Source of the DNA: Carcharhinus amblyrhynchos
Lineage: Eukaryota
Direction: 5' to 3'
Length of the DNA: 64,000 nt
Assembly (NCBI GenBank): GCA_965287045.1
Contig: OZ336873.1
Coordinates: 55,986,001-56,050,000, forward strand
Part shown: piece after piece, positions 49,911-62,540 of the stretch
Layout of the letters: each line of letters opens with the position of its first letter
Numbering within the stretch: the first letter of the stretch is position 1
The notes under the pieces: model-generated
What the model was told of the DNA's origin: nothing
Seen by the model: only the letters and a program-made list of their open reading frames with translations
Databases searched by the model: none
Translations under genes and position numbers: made by a program

Positions 49911-52799
49911 TGCGGGTCATTGAATATATTTGTGGGCCACTTGAATATTTTTAAGGTAGAAATAGATAGATTCTTGTTAGACAAGGGAATCAAAGATAGA
50001 TGGGAATATGGAATTCGAAACACAAACTGGTCAACCTGTCGAATGGCGGAACAGGATCGATTGGCTGAATGGCCTGCTCCATTTCGTATGCATGAGGTAC
50101 ATGAGGATATTGATAATTATCCGGTTTGTCTTATTTTACAGAAAATAACTGTGTGCATGAAAAGGAGAGATGGGTTCCTCATCATATGATCCTGCATCAT
50201 GTTATTTGTGTCCTGCCTACCACGCATGTGGGAATGTGCTTGATTTCAATGAGTGCCTTACAATAGCAGCGTGGTGTTGAGAAGTTCAATGAACCTGAAT
50301 ATAAAAGTTTAACACCGCCCTGCAACATGTTGCTTGTGTCCTTGCTTATATTTACCTTTCAAACAACATCACTACAATAGATAATTTGTTTCTTACAATG
50401 TTTCTGTTTGTGGGTGTTTGTTGTGTGCGGCATTGTTAATACGTTTCATATATTACTACAATGATGACATGTCGAAAATTGGCTGTAAAGCGCTTTGAGG
50501 CCTCAAGGGGTCGCGAAATGCAGTAAAAAAACGTTTGTTTCTTTTATGAATTTACTATACTGTATTCTGCCGTAACAAGACCATCCTTCTTTTGAGAAAT
50601 ATAATCCAAAACACTGGACCACAATATGCACAATGTGAGCTTTCTGAATGATAACTCGAGAACAGCTGGGTATATTCGTCCATTTCCCCAAAACAAACCC
50701 TCACTTGATGCAATCTATTTCACGTTGGGAGGACTGCACAGAGCGAGATATTTCTCTGGATCTTGTCATTTTTACAGTGATTGCTGTGAAAACAAGTCAA
50801 ATGATTGATTGTACAGCGTGTTCAGAAAAAAAAGTGCACATCTCGAGTTAATTACATTTCACTCTGACTATTAGCTGATGAGGCTCGTTAACTCAGTTGG
50901 CCAGCGAGCTAGTGTGTAGTTCAAAATAACACCAACAGCGTGGGCTCGATTAGGTTTCTGGCCGAAACAGACTTGAGACTTTTAAGACCAGAAGTGCTGG
51001 AAAAGCTCAGCAGGCCTGATTGCATCTGCGCAGCGAGCAACAATGAGTCGAAATGTTGAGTCCAATATTGTGATTCTTGGTCGAAACGGCTGAATCTTCG
51101 CCATTGAAAGTGGGAAGAGATGGCAAGCGACTCACTTTCCATATTCTGTTACAATGGCAAAACCAGCGATTAATGAGTCAAGGATCTGCCTTCGGACAGA
51201 ACACTAACACTAATGATATCGGGGTGATTGCTTAATTCTTCAGAATCAGCATGCGCGAAATTGCTAAACATAGATTCCGCAGAACATCTATGGAAACGTT
51301 TGGATGACAGATACGAGATTTTAGCAAAATTTCTCAAATTCAGACCACCAGACGAAAAACAGCAGGTACTGTGAGACTTGCATGGCCTGAGATTAGCGCA
51401 ACCTCTAACCGCAAGTGTTTCCATTATGCCAGTGGCAGAATCGCCGTGCAGTTCTATTCTCTCCGAGAGTGCAATGCATAGCTAAATAAGGAAATCAGCT
51501 ACAAGATTAAATGTATTTTTATAGAAGTTGCAAAAGTTCACGCTTGAGCAACAGCAATCGCAAGTTAGAACCAACATTTAAAATAGGTGTTTCTGTGGCG
51601 AAAGGCCTTCATCAGAATGCAACACGTTACAAATAAGTTTTTAAAAAGGAACAGAACACGTGGAAGGGGAGGCAAACGCATGCATAAAAGACAACTACAC
51701 AAACACACAAGCACCCTCAACAATAACACACAATCAAACCCCCTTCAAACAGTAAGGCGTACATGGGCGCTTCACAGGGAACATTTCGGAACACATTGTA
51801 ACACTAAGCAATGTGAGATACAGGCAGCCAATAGCTTGGCCAAAAAGGTCAGAATTAAAGGAGGAGAAAGAGTTGCATGGTTTTGGGATGGAATTCTAGA
51901 GTCATAGTTTGTGAATCAAGGCCGAGTGATCAAAATTGGAAATGGACAAAGGGCCAGAATCGGAGGAGGAGCAAGATCCTGGCGGCATTTGAAAACACGG
52001 ATGAAAATGTTAAAATAAGTGCATTGGCGGATCAGATCAACGGTCATCAGGCGATAGTTCAATGGGTATCAGCACCTGATCTGCACGTACACAAACAGGC
52101 ATACACATAGGTATACTTAAGCACATACAGACGCAAATACACGCACAGCGCAAAAAGGCCGTTCGGCCCATCAAGTCTGCACCGACAAAAGTTACCACTG
52201 AAGTTGCGCGAATCCTATTTCCCAGCCCATGTCCCATATACTTGAATATTATGATGTTTCCCGTACTCATCCAAATGCTTTTTAAACGTTGGAAAGTTTC
52301 TAGCCTCGATTATCTTCCTGCATTCCAGATTCCTACTACCCTAGGCACGATTTTTTTCTCAAATCCCAATCCGAATTTCCTGCACCTTACACTAAAACTA
52401 TGTCCCCTCATGATTGGCCCATCAACCAAGGGGGAAAGCTGCTTCCTATTCACCCTGCACATACCCATCATAATCTTACAGACCTCACTGATAACCTCCT
52501 TCAGTCTTTTCTGTTCTCAGGAAAACAATCCAAGCCTATTGAGTTTCCCCTTGTAGCTGAAATGTTCAATCCCAGGCGATTATCAGCATCCACGAAAGAG
52601 TTCCGTATACACACAACACGTCAATAACTTGAGAGAACACAGAACACGGAAAATAGAACATTACAGCGCAGTACAGGCCCTTCGGCCCTCAATGTTGCGC
52701 CGACTAGTGGAACCAATCTAATGACCCTGTAACCTAAACTATTCCAATATTATCCATATGTCTACCCGAGAGGGCAAGTGAGAAGGAAAATCCGACTGA

Positions 52800-54450
52800 C
52801 ACATTGAGAGTATAAGAATTGAATGTTAGTTATCAGAAAAGAGCACTCAAAGGTCTTATATTGGCCGGTAAAGAGCAAGCAGATAGTAAGAGACCGTATG
52901 GGGCCTATTCGAGGCCTATTAGAGTGATGTGTGCTTAGAACTGTGGTGCTATACTTAATGAATACTTTGCCCCATGTTTAAAAAGAAGAAAATATTAACA
53001 AAACCTCGATAGAAGTGGAGATGGTAGAGGGAATAAAGGGTGTGAAAACTCATTGGTAGAATGTACTGCAAGTGCTGTTGACGCTAAGGTTGCTTAGTCT
53101 AGATAACTTCTCCTCCAGATTGCTGAAGGAAGTAGAAATAAAGAGAGCAGAAGGCCTTGTCATAATCTTGAAACTTTCCCAGATACAGAGAAGGAGCCAA
53201 AAAAATGGTGAGTCGAAGACATGACATCCTAATTCAAGAAAGTGGATAAGGGTCTGACTAGAAACTGATGGCTGGCCAGTTAACATTTAGAAGTGGACAA
53301 CATGTTGGAAATAATAGTCAATGAAAATTTAACAGGCACTTGGCGAAGTTAAGGGCTCCAGATAGATATGTAAAAGGCAGATCATGCTTGACTAACCTAA
53401 TTGAAATTTTATGATGAAATAACAGAGCTGGTTCATGAAGGGAATGTGACGACAATTGTTTGTGTAGAATTTAAGGAAGCATGTGACAAATTACCATGTG
53501 AAAGGTTGGCTTTGGAGATTGATGTTCATGGAATATGAGGATCATTAATTAGCCTAGGTAGAAAGCTGCCTTAAGGAAAAATAATACATTGTTTATATAT
53601 GTATGTATGCTAGGATATTGAAATGTAAAATTAAGCTTCAACATTTTAGGCTTGGTAGACCATGGGAATAATACCAAACTCATACAACAGGGCATGGATA
53701 GTCAAGATGAGTGGGCCAACTAGAGGCAGAAAGAATTTACTGCTGAGATGCAAGGTGATCCACTTTGTCAGAAAAGATAGAAAAAAGCCAACATTGACTT
53801 TATGATTAAGCTCTGAAGATTAAACAGTGACAGAAATACTTGGAGTTTCCTATGCCGGACGTATTTAGAGAGTAGTATGCAGAGTATATGGGGTTTTGGG
53901 TTTCATAAATAGAGTTTTTGATTACAAAAGCAAGGAGATTCTGGAAGATTTTAACACTCTGATTGGCCGTGAATTAGAATATTGCATTCAGTCCCTGTCA
54001 CCATACACTCAGAAGGAGCTCTGATCCTAGTGAGGGTGTAGAGGAGATTGATTCGAATGATCCTAAGGATGCAGAATTTTAGCCACAATGTTAGGTTGGA
54101 TAAACTGCAATTTTTCTTGGTGAATTGGAAATGGAAGGGAGATCGGATACAGGTAGACAAGGTATGATAGGTATAGATCAAGTAGATTAAACAAAGTTGT
54201 GTCAATTAGTTGACAGAACAAAGACTGAGGGCACAGACGGAAGGTTTTGGGCAAGAGATGCTGGGATATCTATGGAAGAACTTTATTGTGCAGTGAATGG
54301 TAATTGCCTGCAACTTGCTATACACAAGAGTGTTGGAAATGAAAAATGATCAATAATTTCAAAAGGAGATTGGGTGTATTCTTGGAGAAAGTAAGTTTGT
54401 AGCGCTTATAGAGATAAAGTAGGGGGATAGGCCAGGTTTGACTGCCACGA
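52800..54450 (+). mobile_element. Highly decayed CR1 LINE
   Basis: Remnants agatcatgcttgactaaccta (SCLTNL), gaatattgcattcagtcc (EYC.Q) and aagactgaggggcacag-like (TRGH) in CR1 order. Confidence 0.7.
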
Positions 54451-54566
54451 TGGCATTCACACACACTCACAAATAAGGGAAGGCTTCCATTTATGTCTTT
54501 CACAATCTCTAACATCCCCAAAATATTTACAGTTAATGAAGTGTAGCCAGTGTTGGAATTCAGGAA

Positions 54567-54600
<34 letters not shown>
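54567..54600. repeat. (CA)n microsatellite
   Basis: Direct acacacac... run with one interruption. Confidence 0.95.
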
Positions 54601-54601
<1 letters not shown>

Positions 54602-54704
54602 TATTTTGTCCTCTCTCCTCCCTTTGATCTATGGAATACAGTTTCACAAGGTGAAGGTAACCCTGACCCCCATCATTACACAGACTGCCTACCTGCCCAA
54701 TTCT

Positions 54705-54990
54705 ACCTTCGGAATATCACAGAGTCCAACAGTGCAAAAGGAGTGTCATATGTAGGCCCTATCACTGTAACCCATGTACTTACCCCATTAATCCCCATAA
54801 CCCACACATCTTGAAGCAATTTAGCATGGCCAATCAACTTAACTTGTATATCTTTTGACAAGAAGGCACCTGAGCACTGAAAGAAATCCCATGCAGACAG
54901 AAAGGACATAGAGGTGCCACACATAGCAGCACCCAAGCCAGAATTGAACCCTGGTCCCTGGCGCTGTGAGGCAGGAGTGCTAACCACCCC
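54705..54990 (-). mobile_element. V-SINE (HE1-like), degenerate
   Basis: gaattgaaccctggtccctggcgctgtgaggcaggagtgctaaccac is the reverse complement of the SINE head. Confidence 0.8.
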
Positions 54991-55777
54991 ATCCTCATCC
55001 CATCTTAACTCCTTGCAGCTAAGACAGTTAAGCCTACTAATGTTGACTTGCATCATTGATCAATGGGAGTTAATGTATCTGAAAAATACAGAAAAATATA
55101 AAAGCGATTGCCAACCCATTTACACCTCTGCATCTCATAATAACCCAATGAATTAAATCAAGATATTCCTCGCTATCTCCCCCATCCCACCAAACTTGAA
55201 CTTACAAACTGCCCCTGCTCATCCAAAACTCTGCTGTCCATATCTTATCACAAACCAAACTCCGATCTTCCTTCATCCCTAACCTGGCTGACCTACATTG
55301 AATCTCATTTCCCTATTGCCTGGAATTTTTAATTCTCATCGTAATTTAAATTTGTGCAAATACCTCGTCCTTCCCTTTCTTGGCAACTTGCCCAGCTAAC
55401 TGCTCCCAAATTTCTTATTTTTTTATCTGTGAAATATAATACATTATGCAGCCCTGAGTCCACTATTGCTTTAGCCAACATGCTCCAAAATTCTCTCTTA
55501 ACCTCTCTGCCTTGCCATCCCTTCTCCTCAATTATGATTGTCCTTGATAGCCACCCCTTTGATCAAACGTGCATTTTCCACATGGGCTACGGAAGTTCAA
55601 GAAATCTACTAGCCATTATCTTTTCAAGAACAACTAACGATGGGCAATAATTACTGGTCTAGACAGCAATGCTCATCTCTTCTGAAAGAATGAACTACAT
55701 CTTTCTTTGACTGAGTGCATTTTTCTTTTTGGTTAGACTTTTGGAAAACACTTCTGTCTGCTTTAAAGGAGTTATAA

Positions 55778-56032
55778 AGTAAAAGTAAAATAAAGTTTAT
55801 TAGTCACAAGCAAGGCTTACATTAACACTGCAATGAAGTTACTGTGAAATTCCCCTAGTCGACACATTACGGCATTTGTTCTGGCCAATGCACCTAACCA
55901 GCAGGTCTCTCAGACTGTAGGAAAAAACTGAGCACGTGGATGAAACCCACGCAGACACGGGGAGAACATGCAAACTCCACACAGACCAAGCTGTGAGGCA
56001 GCACTTCGAACCACTGTGCCACCGTGCTGCCC
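55778..56032 (-). mobile_element. V-SINE with alternative (non-CR1) 3' tail
   Basis: Head reverse complement ccactgtgccaccgtgctgccc, V-domain, and tail aaagtaaaataaagtttattagtcacaag as in 6455-6690. Confidence 0.82.
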
Positions 56033-56299
56033 ATTATGCAAATGTAAGTTTTCATTTGTAACTTCAACTTTATTTTTCAGCCTGCGTGCAGTATTAGGAT
56101 TGAACCATTAACCTGTCTTTTCATTTGACTGATGTTGATGGAGACACTTGCGTGGGGGTGGGGGGAGGGCGTAGGTGATCTTACCGAAAAAAATCTAAGT
56201 GGAAGATGAGCGTAAGAACAAGAGAAATTCACGCCATTTTTTGGGCAAATTAAATCTGTAATCTTACCTCGCTCTATCAAAAATAATGAAGCCAAACCT

Positions 56300-56870
56300 G
56301 TTCTTCCTCGTCAGAGGGTGAGGGTGGAGCCTACACTTGTCGAAGGCGGTAGAGAACAGCAGAGGGCGTAATTGAGTATGTTCAGATCTCCATGCTTGTG
56401 AACACAGAGATGTGTCGTTCACCGCCTCCCCCAGCATTGCTGGCCTACATGGCTCATTCCACACCCGCCACCCAACCCCCACTCCCGTCATAGAGAGGCT
56501 GATTGGCCAATTCCCCTCCTGCGCAAACTGATTGCCGCCCGGACCAATCGTCACCATCTCCAAAATTAGCCATCTAGTTCCCCGCTGCGTGGGCCTGTCG
56601 TAGATCTCCACGGCCAACTCTCCCCCAACCCACACACACGAATCGGCCAATCGCCGGCTGGAAAGCAACAGCGTATTCCCCGTGATCGCAAGAGCACGTC
56701 TTTACAACCGATTGCTGCTGAAAAGCGGCAGCGTGTCCCTCCTCCCCCAGTTGCAGCTGCAGAGCTGTAGCGTGTCTCTCCTATCGATCGTTGTTGCAGA
56801 GAGTTTCCCGTCTGATCGTTGTTGCACAGTGGCAGCGTGTTTCCCCAGATCGTTGTTGTATTTGTCTCTT
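56300..56870. promoter_or_regulatory. CpG-rich promoter-like region with clustered CCAAT boxes
   Basis: High CpG density versus flanks; ctgattggccaat (~56499-56511), gaccaatc (~56542), ggccaatc (~56645). Confidence 0.5.
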
Positions 56871-57002
56871 CGACAGCCCATCCCAAGTTATTCCTGTAAT
56901 ACTTTACAAGCACATGTCCTGCGCACCTTAAAAAAAATCCAAACAAAAGGCTCATCGATACCACCAATTCAAAAAAAAGCAGAAGAGGAAGGCAGAGGGG
57001 AG

Positions 57003-58842
57003 GACATAAGAAATAGGAGCAGGAGTAGGCCATCTAGCCCTTCGAGCCTGCCCCGCCATTCAATAAGATCATGGCTGATCTGTCGTGGCTCAGTTCCACA
57101 TTCCCGCTCTCTCCCCATAACCCTTAATCCCCTCTCTTATCAAAAACCCATCAACCCGCGTCTTAAAAATATTTAGCGAGGTAGCCTCCACCACTTCAAC
57201 GGGCAGAGAATTCCAGAGATTCACCACCCTTTCAGTGAAGAAGTTCCTCCTCAACTCCGTTCTAAACCGCCCCCCCCCCTTTATCTTGAGGCTGTGCCCC
57301 CTCGTCCTACTATCATTTCTGAGGGGGAAGGGTCTCTCCACCTCTATCCTATCCATCCCATTCATCATCTTATATGTCTTAATGAGATCTCCCCTCATTC
57401 TTCTAAACTCCAACGAGTACAAGCCTAATTTATTCAGCCTCTCCTCATAGCTCAACCCCCTCAACTCTGGCATCAGCCTAGTAAACCTCCCCTGCACTCC
57501 CTCCAAGGCCAAAATATCCTTGCGCAAGTACGGTGCCCAAAACTGCACACAGTACTCCAGCTGCGGCCTCACCAATGCCCTATACAGCCGCAGCAAGACC
57601 TCCCTACTTTTATATTCAATCCCCCTCGCTATGAAGACCAGCATCTCATTCGCCTTCTTGACCACCTGCTGCACCTGCAAGCCGGGTTTTTGCGACTCAT
57701 GCACAAGGACCCCGAGGTCCATCTGCACCGTCGCCTGCTGCAGTTTTTCACCACGTAAGTAATAATCCTTCCTACCATTATTCCTACCAAAGTGGACTAC
57801 CTCACACTTGCCAACATTAAATTCCATTTGCCATTTCCTGGCCCATTCGCCCAGCCTATCTAGATCCTTCTGCAGACTCTCTACACCCTCCGCACAATTT
57901 GCCGTTCCACCAATCTTGGTGTCATCAGCAAATTTCGACACCCTACACTCGGTTCCCTCCTCCAGATCATCTATATAAATGGTAAATAGCTGAGGCCCCA
58001 GCACCGACCCCTGGGGCACTCCACTAGTCACCATCCGCCAATCCGAATAGCACCCGTTGACCCCCACTCTCTGCCTCCTATTTGACAACCAATCCTCTAT
58101 CCACGCTAACACCCTACCCCCAACTCCATGTCCCCTGACCTTCTGCAATAACCTCTTGTGAGGTACCTTGTCAAACACCTTCTGAAAATCCAGAAAGACC
58201 ACATCCACTGGCTCTCCTCCATCCACCGCCCTTGACACATCCTCATAGAACTCCAGTAAATTTGTCAGACACAACTTCCCTTTAACGAAACCGTGCTGCG
58301 TCTGCTCTATCAAGCAATTCCCTTCAAGATGCCTCGCTATTTCCTCCTTGATGACGGATTCTGACATTTTACCTACAACAGACGTTAAACTAACCGGCCT
58401 ATAATTCCCTGCCTTTTGCCTGGCACCCTTCTTAAACAACGGCGTAACATTAGCCGTTTTCCAATCTTCCGGCACTTCCCCGGAATCCAGCGACGTCTGG
58501 AAAATAACCACCAAGGCATCTACTATCACCTCCGCCATTTCTTTCAGAACCCTCGGATGCGTTCCATCCGGTCCTGGCGACTTGTCCACAATCAGTCCCT
58601 CCAGTCTGTCGAGCACCGCCTCTCTAGTAACAGTAATGTCATTAAGACCCTCCAGTCCTACCACCTTTCCATCTCTAACACCTGGCAAATTATTCACGTC
58701 CTCCTCCGTGAAGACCGAAACAAAAAAGTTATTCAAGACCTCAGCCATATCCCCATCCCCTACCACTAAGTCCTCCTTCTCATCCTCTAAGGGACCAACG
58801 TTCACCCTAGCCAGCCTCTTCCTTTTTATATATTTATAAAAA
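57003..58842 (-). mobile_element. Young 5'-truncated CR1 LINE
   Basis: Uninterrupted RT frame, 3' UTR and ttcttatg tail; lacks ORF1 and the endonuclease domain. Confidence 0.96.
57090..58842 (-). CDS. CR1 ORF2 reverse transcriptase (partial, open frame)
   Basis: KSPGPDG, NYRPVSLTS, FLDFQKVFDKVPH, GVPQGSVLGP, FADDTK catalytic motif. The first ~28 codons of the listed 611-aa ORF derive from adjacent non-CR1 repeat. Confidence 0.9.
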
Positions 58843-59529
58843 AGGTCGAGGATGGGAAAGCTGGAACTCCACATTAGAGACTGGAATGCCGGGGGAGGGG
58901 GGGAAGAACGTCTGCAGATGAACATCCCTACCCCCCAGGCCTCACCCCTCCCACAGGTCCTGGCCCCTCAGGCCCCTTGGCACTGCCTGGAACCTGTTGG
59001 GTTCTGTCAGTGTGCCATTCTGACACTGTGGCATGCCTAGGGGGCAGTGCCAGTGCGCCAGGCTAACTGTGCAAGGCTGGCTGTATCCAAGTGGCAGCCC
59101 CCCAGTGGGATATCAATGGTCTTTGGTCCCACAGGTGATCCTCGCAAGACCGCAGAGGTAAATGAGCCAGACGATTCCGTGCTGGGTTCATTCAAAATAT
59201 TTAAATTCTATGTTGCATTAAATTTAGATATTACAATCAGCCTCCTGTCATTTTCAGGCACAAGGCTGATCTCGTCCAATATCCATAACAGGTAAGATTG
59301 TGAGGTGCGAGGAACTGGACAAGACCCTGATATCCCAGCTCTCTTTGATCTGAGCACCTTGCCTCATTCATTGGCTGGTGAGGTGCAATAGTAAGATTAT
59401 GGCCTGAATGTTTCCTATATGTTCCATTTCACATTACATAAAATCACATATGGTCTACAGCTCAAAAAGTGGACTATTTGGCCCAAGTGGTCTCTACTGA
59501 CTTTAATCTGCATTTAGATTGGGAGAGTC

Positions 59530-60450
59530 AGATTATCTCCAAATTTGCAGATGATACAAAGCTAGATGGGAGGGTGAGCTGTGAAGAGGATGCTTCAGTG
59601 TAATTTGGACAGGCTGAGTGCGTAGGCAACTGCATGGCAGATGCAGTATAATGTGGATATTTGTGAGGTTATCCACTTTCGTAGCATAATAGGAAGACAG
59701 ATTATTATTTGAATGGGTGTAAATTGAGAGAGGTAGACACTCAATGATATCTTGGAGCCCTTGTGTATCAGTCACTGAAAGTAAGCATGCAGGTGCAGCA
59801 GGCAAGAAGGCAAAAGTTATCTTGGCCTTCATACCGAGAGGATTTGAGTAGCAATGTTTTGCTGCAATTGTATAGGACATTGGTGAGACCACATATGGAG
59901 TATTGTGTGCAGTTTTGATGTCCTTATCTGAAGAAGGATGTCCTTGCTATAAAGGGAGTACATGAAGGGTTACCAGGCTGATTTTGGGGATGGCTCATCT
60001 ATCATATGAGAGACTTATTTTATTAGGATTATATTTATTGGGGTTTAGAAGAGTGAGAGGGGATCACATAGAAACTTGTAAAATTGTAACAGGTTTAGAA
60101 TGGGTAGATTCAGAAAGAATGTCCCTAATGATCGGGGAGTCGAGAGCTAGGAGTCATAGTCTGAGGATCAGGGGTAAACCATTTAGAACTAAGGTCAGCA
60201 GAAATTTCTTCATCCATTGTACATTCATACAATGAATGTATGGAATTCATTATCACAAAATGTTGTTGAGGCCAAAACATTGCCTGATTTCAAGAAGAAT
60301 TTAGATGTAGCTCTTGGGGCTGAAGGGATCAAGGGATATGGGAGGAATGAGGATCAGGATGTTGAATTTGATGATCAGCCATGATCAAAATGAATGGCGG
60401 AGCAGGGTCAAAGGGCCTTTGGCCTACTTCTGCTCCTTTTTATGTTTCTA
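59530..60450 (+). mobile_element. Degenerate CR1 LINE 3' part
   Basis: aaatttgcagatgatacaaag (KFADDTK), LSYERL..FRRVRGDHIET..RARSHSLRIRGKPFRT and a CR1 tail. Confidence 0.88.
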
Positions 60451-62267
60451 AGTTTATTGACATTTTTGCTCTGCTAAGCCCCATTCTGCAATTTTTCATT
60501 AGCTATATCAGCAATCTTTTTATTTGTTTCACCCAAACTTTCCCTTTAATGCAATTCATCTCCACTACTCCTTTTTTGTACCCTCCACATTCTTGTAATT
60601 AATTGGTTTAAATTCTTGAATTCACTTTTGTGTGTTTTTAATAACTTGCTTATGTGTTGTCCTCTAGCTTTGCTGTCCTTCACAATTAGGAACATTTTAT
60701 CTCAGTCCACCCTTTATTAATTTCTAAAATCTCAATCAGATTTTAGTGAGTCTTAGAATGTTCAATTGTTCCTGATATGTTTGCTTCTGGTGTCATCATT
60801 TTTGGCTTCTTTGCATGTTTTTTTCTGTATCCATTTTATAATATGGAGACCTGGAAATCTCACACATCACTTCAATTATGATCTAAGCAAGGGTTTTAAA
60901 ATAGAAATTCGCACTTTTGCTGACTGGGCCAGCATTTTTATTGTCCATGTCTAATTTCCCTTGAGAAGGCGGTGGTGAGTTGAATCACCTTCTCGAACCG
61001 CTGCAGTCTATGTGGTGTAGGTACACCCACAGTACTGTTAAGATGGAAACTACAGAATTTTGATCCAGTGATAGTGAAGGAGCATAGTTATTTTTCAAAG
61101 TCAAGATGATATGTGGTTTTGAGGATGACCTACAGCTCGTGCTTTTCCCAAGCATCTGCTGCTCTTGTCTTTCCAGGTGGGAGATGCCAAGAATTTGGAA
61201 GATGTTGTTGAAAGAGCTTTGGTGAGTCGCTACAGTGCATCTTGTAGGTGATATACACTGTGGTCATGATCATTGTTGGAGAAAATTAAAACTGAAGTTA
61301 TCAGATGGGGTACCAATCAAATGGGCTGCATTGTCCTTCAAACTGTCAAGCTTCTTGAATGTTATTGGCGTTGCATTTATTCAAGCAAATCATACTCCTG
61401 ACTTGTGCCTTTTAGATGGTGGGCTGGCTTTGGAAAGTCAGGTTCTGAGTTGCTTTCCATTATTAAACATAATCCCAATTCTGCTGTCACCAGTTAGCTC
61501 GGCAATGCTACAGATTCTTTAAATACCAAGTTAACGTTTCAACTTTTCTTAACGAAGTTAAAATCCAAAAGAAAAGAATATCATTTCAACATCCAGGCCA
61601 GGCATTCAGAGTGAGACAGAACATTTTTTTTAACACAGAAACGTGTAGGAATCCAATACTCAAATGGCAGCATTGATCGCCGTTGATCACATTGCATAAA
61701 CTACAGTGTATACACCCGCCATCAATCTTATTCATTGGACATGTCTACACATGTATTGGACTTCATATCAAAGTGTATCCTTAATGATCAAGTAACTTTA
61801 GATTATTGAATTCTGAAAGTGTACTGGACAACTTCCGTCACACAGCTGGGGGAAATTCCCTACATTTATTTTGACGTGGTGGCGCATGTACCCAATGGAT
61901 CGCAAAACCAAGAATGCATCACTCAATGCCTTCATTGTGGAGTTTGCAATCTGGAATGTGAAAATGAGTGCGTGTGGACGCGGGGTTGCTGTTCCTTATC
62001 AAATATTCGATATTTTACTACGATCCTGACTGCTGTTAATGCTTGACAAGTCAGATCCCAGAGTTGAACCCGCTTGATGCATCCCAACTTTGTTTTCTTT
62101 TCATTAAAATGTGGAAGTCAGATACTGAACACAGTCACGAGCTTAAGGGAAGTGAATGGGCTAGTGGTGTTACCGCTGCACTATTAGTCCAGAAACTCAA
62201 CTAATGCTCTGGAGATCCGGGTCCGAATTCTGCCACTGCAGGTGGTTTGATTTGATTTGATTTTTTG

Positions 62268-62540
62268 GGCGTCATGGTGGCACAGTGATTAGCATTGCTG
62301 CCTCGGGTCACTGTCTGTGTAGAGTCTGCACATTCTCCCCGTGTCTGCGTGGGTTTCCACCGGGTGCTCCGGTTTCCTCCCACAGTCCAAAGATGTGCAG
62401 GTTAGGTAGGTTGACCCTAGTGTCAGGAGATTTAGTAGGGTAAAAGTGTCGAGTTACGGGAATAGGGCCTGGGTGGGATTGTGTTCGGTGCAGACTCGAT
62501 GGGCCAAATGGCCTCCTTTGGCACTGTGGGGATTCTATAA
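62268..62540 (+). mobile_element. V-SINE (HE1-like), preceded by another tRNA-like SINE head (~62155-62255)
   Basis: cattctccccgtgtctgcgtgggtttccaccgggtgctccggtttcctcccacagtccaaagatgtgcaggttagg core and gatgggccaaatggcctcct tail. Confidence 0.88.

Noticed and set aside
50880-50970. tRNA-like sequence
   Set aside because: Does not form a full cloverleaf; more likely a decayed tRNA-derived SINE head.
56264-57176. ORFs of 134-164 aa on both strands
   Set aside because: No recognisable motifs; explained by high GC content and partial overlap with the CR1 3' UTR.
58843-58925. N-terminal extension of the 611-aa RT ORF as a fusion or domesticated gene
   Set aside because: Chance in-frame ATG in the flanking GC-rich repeat upstream of a 5'-truncated CR1.
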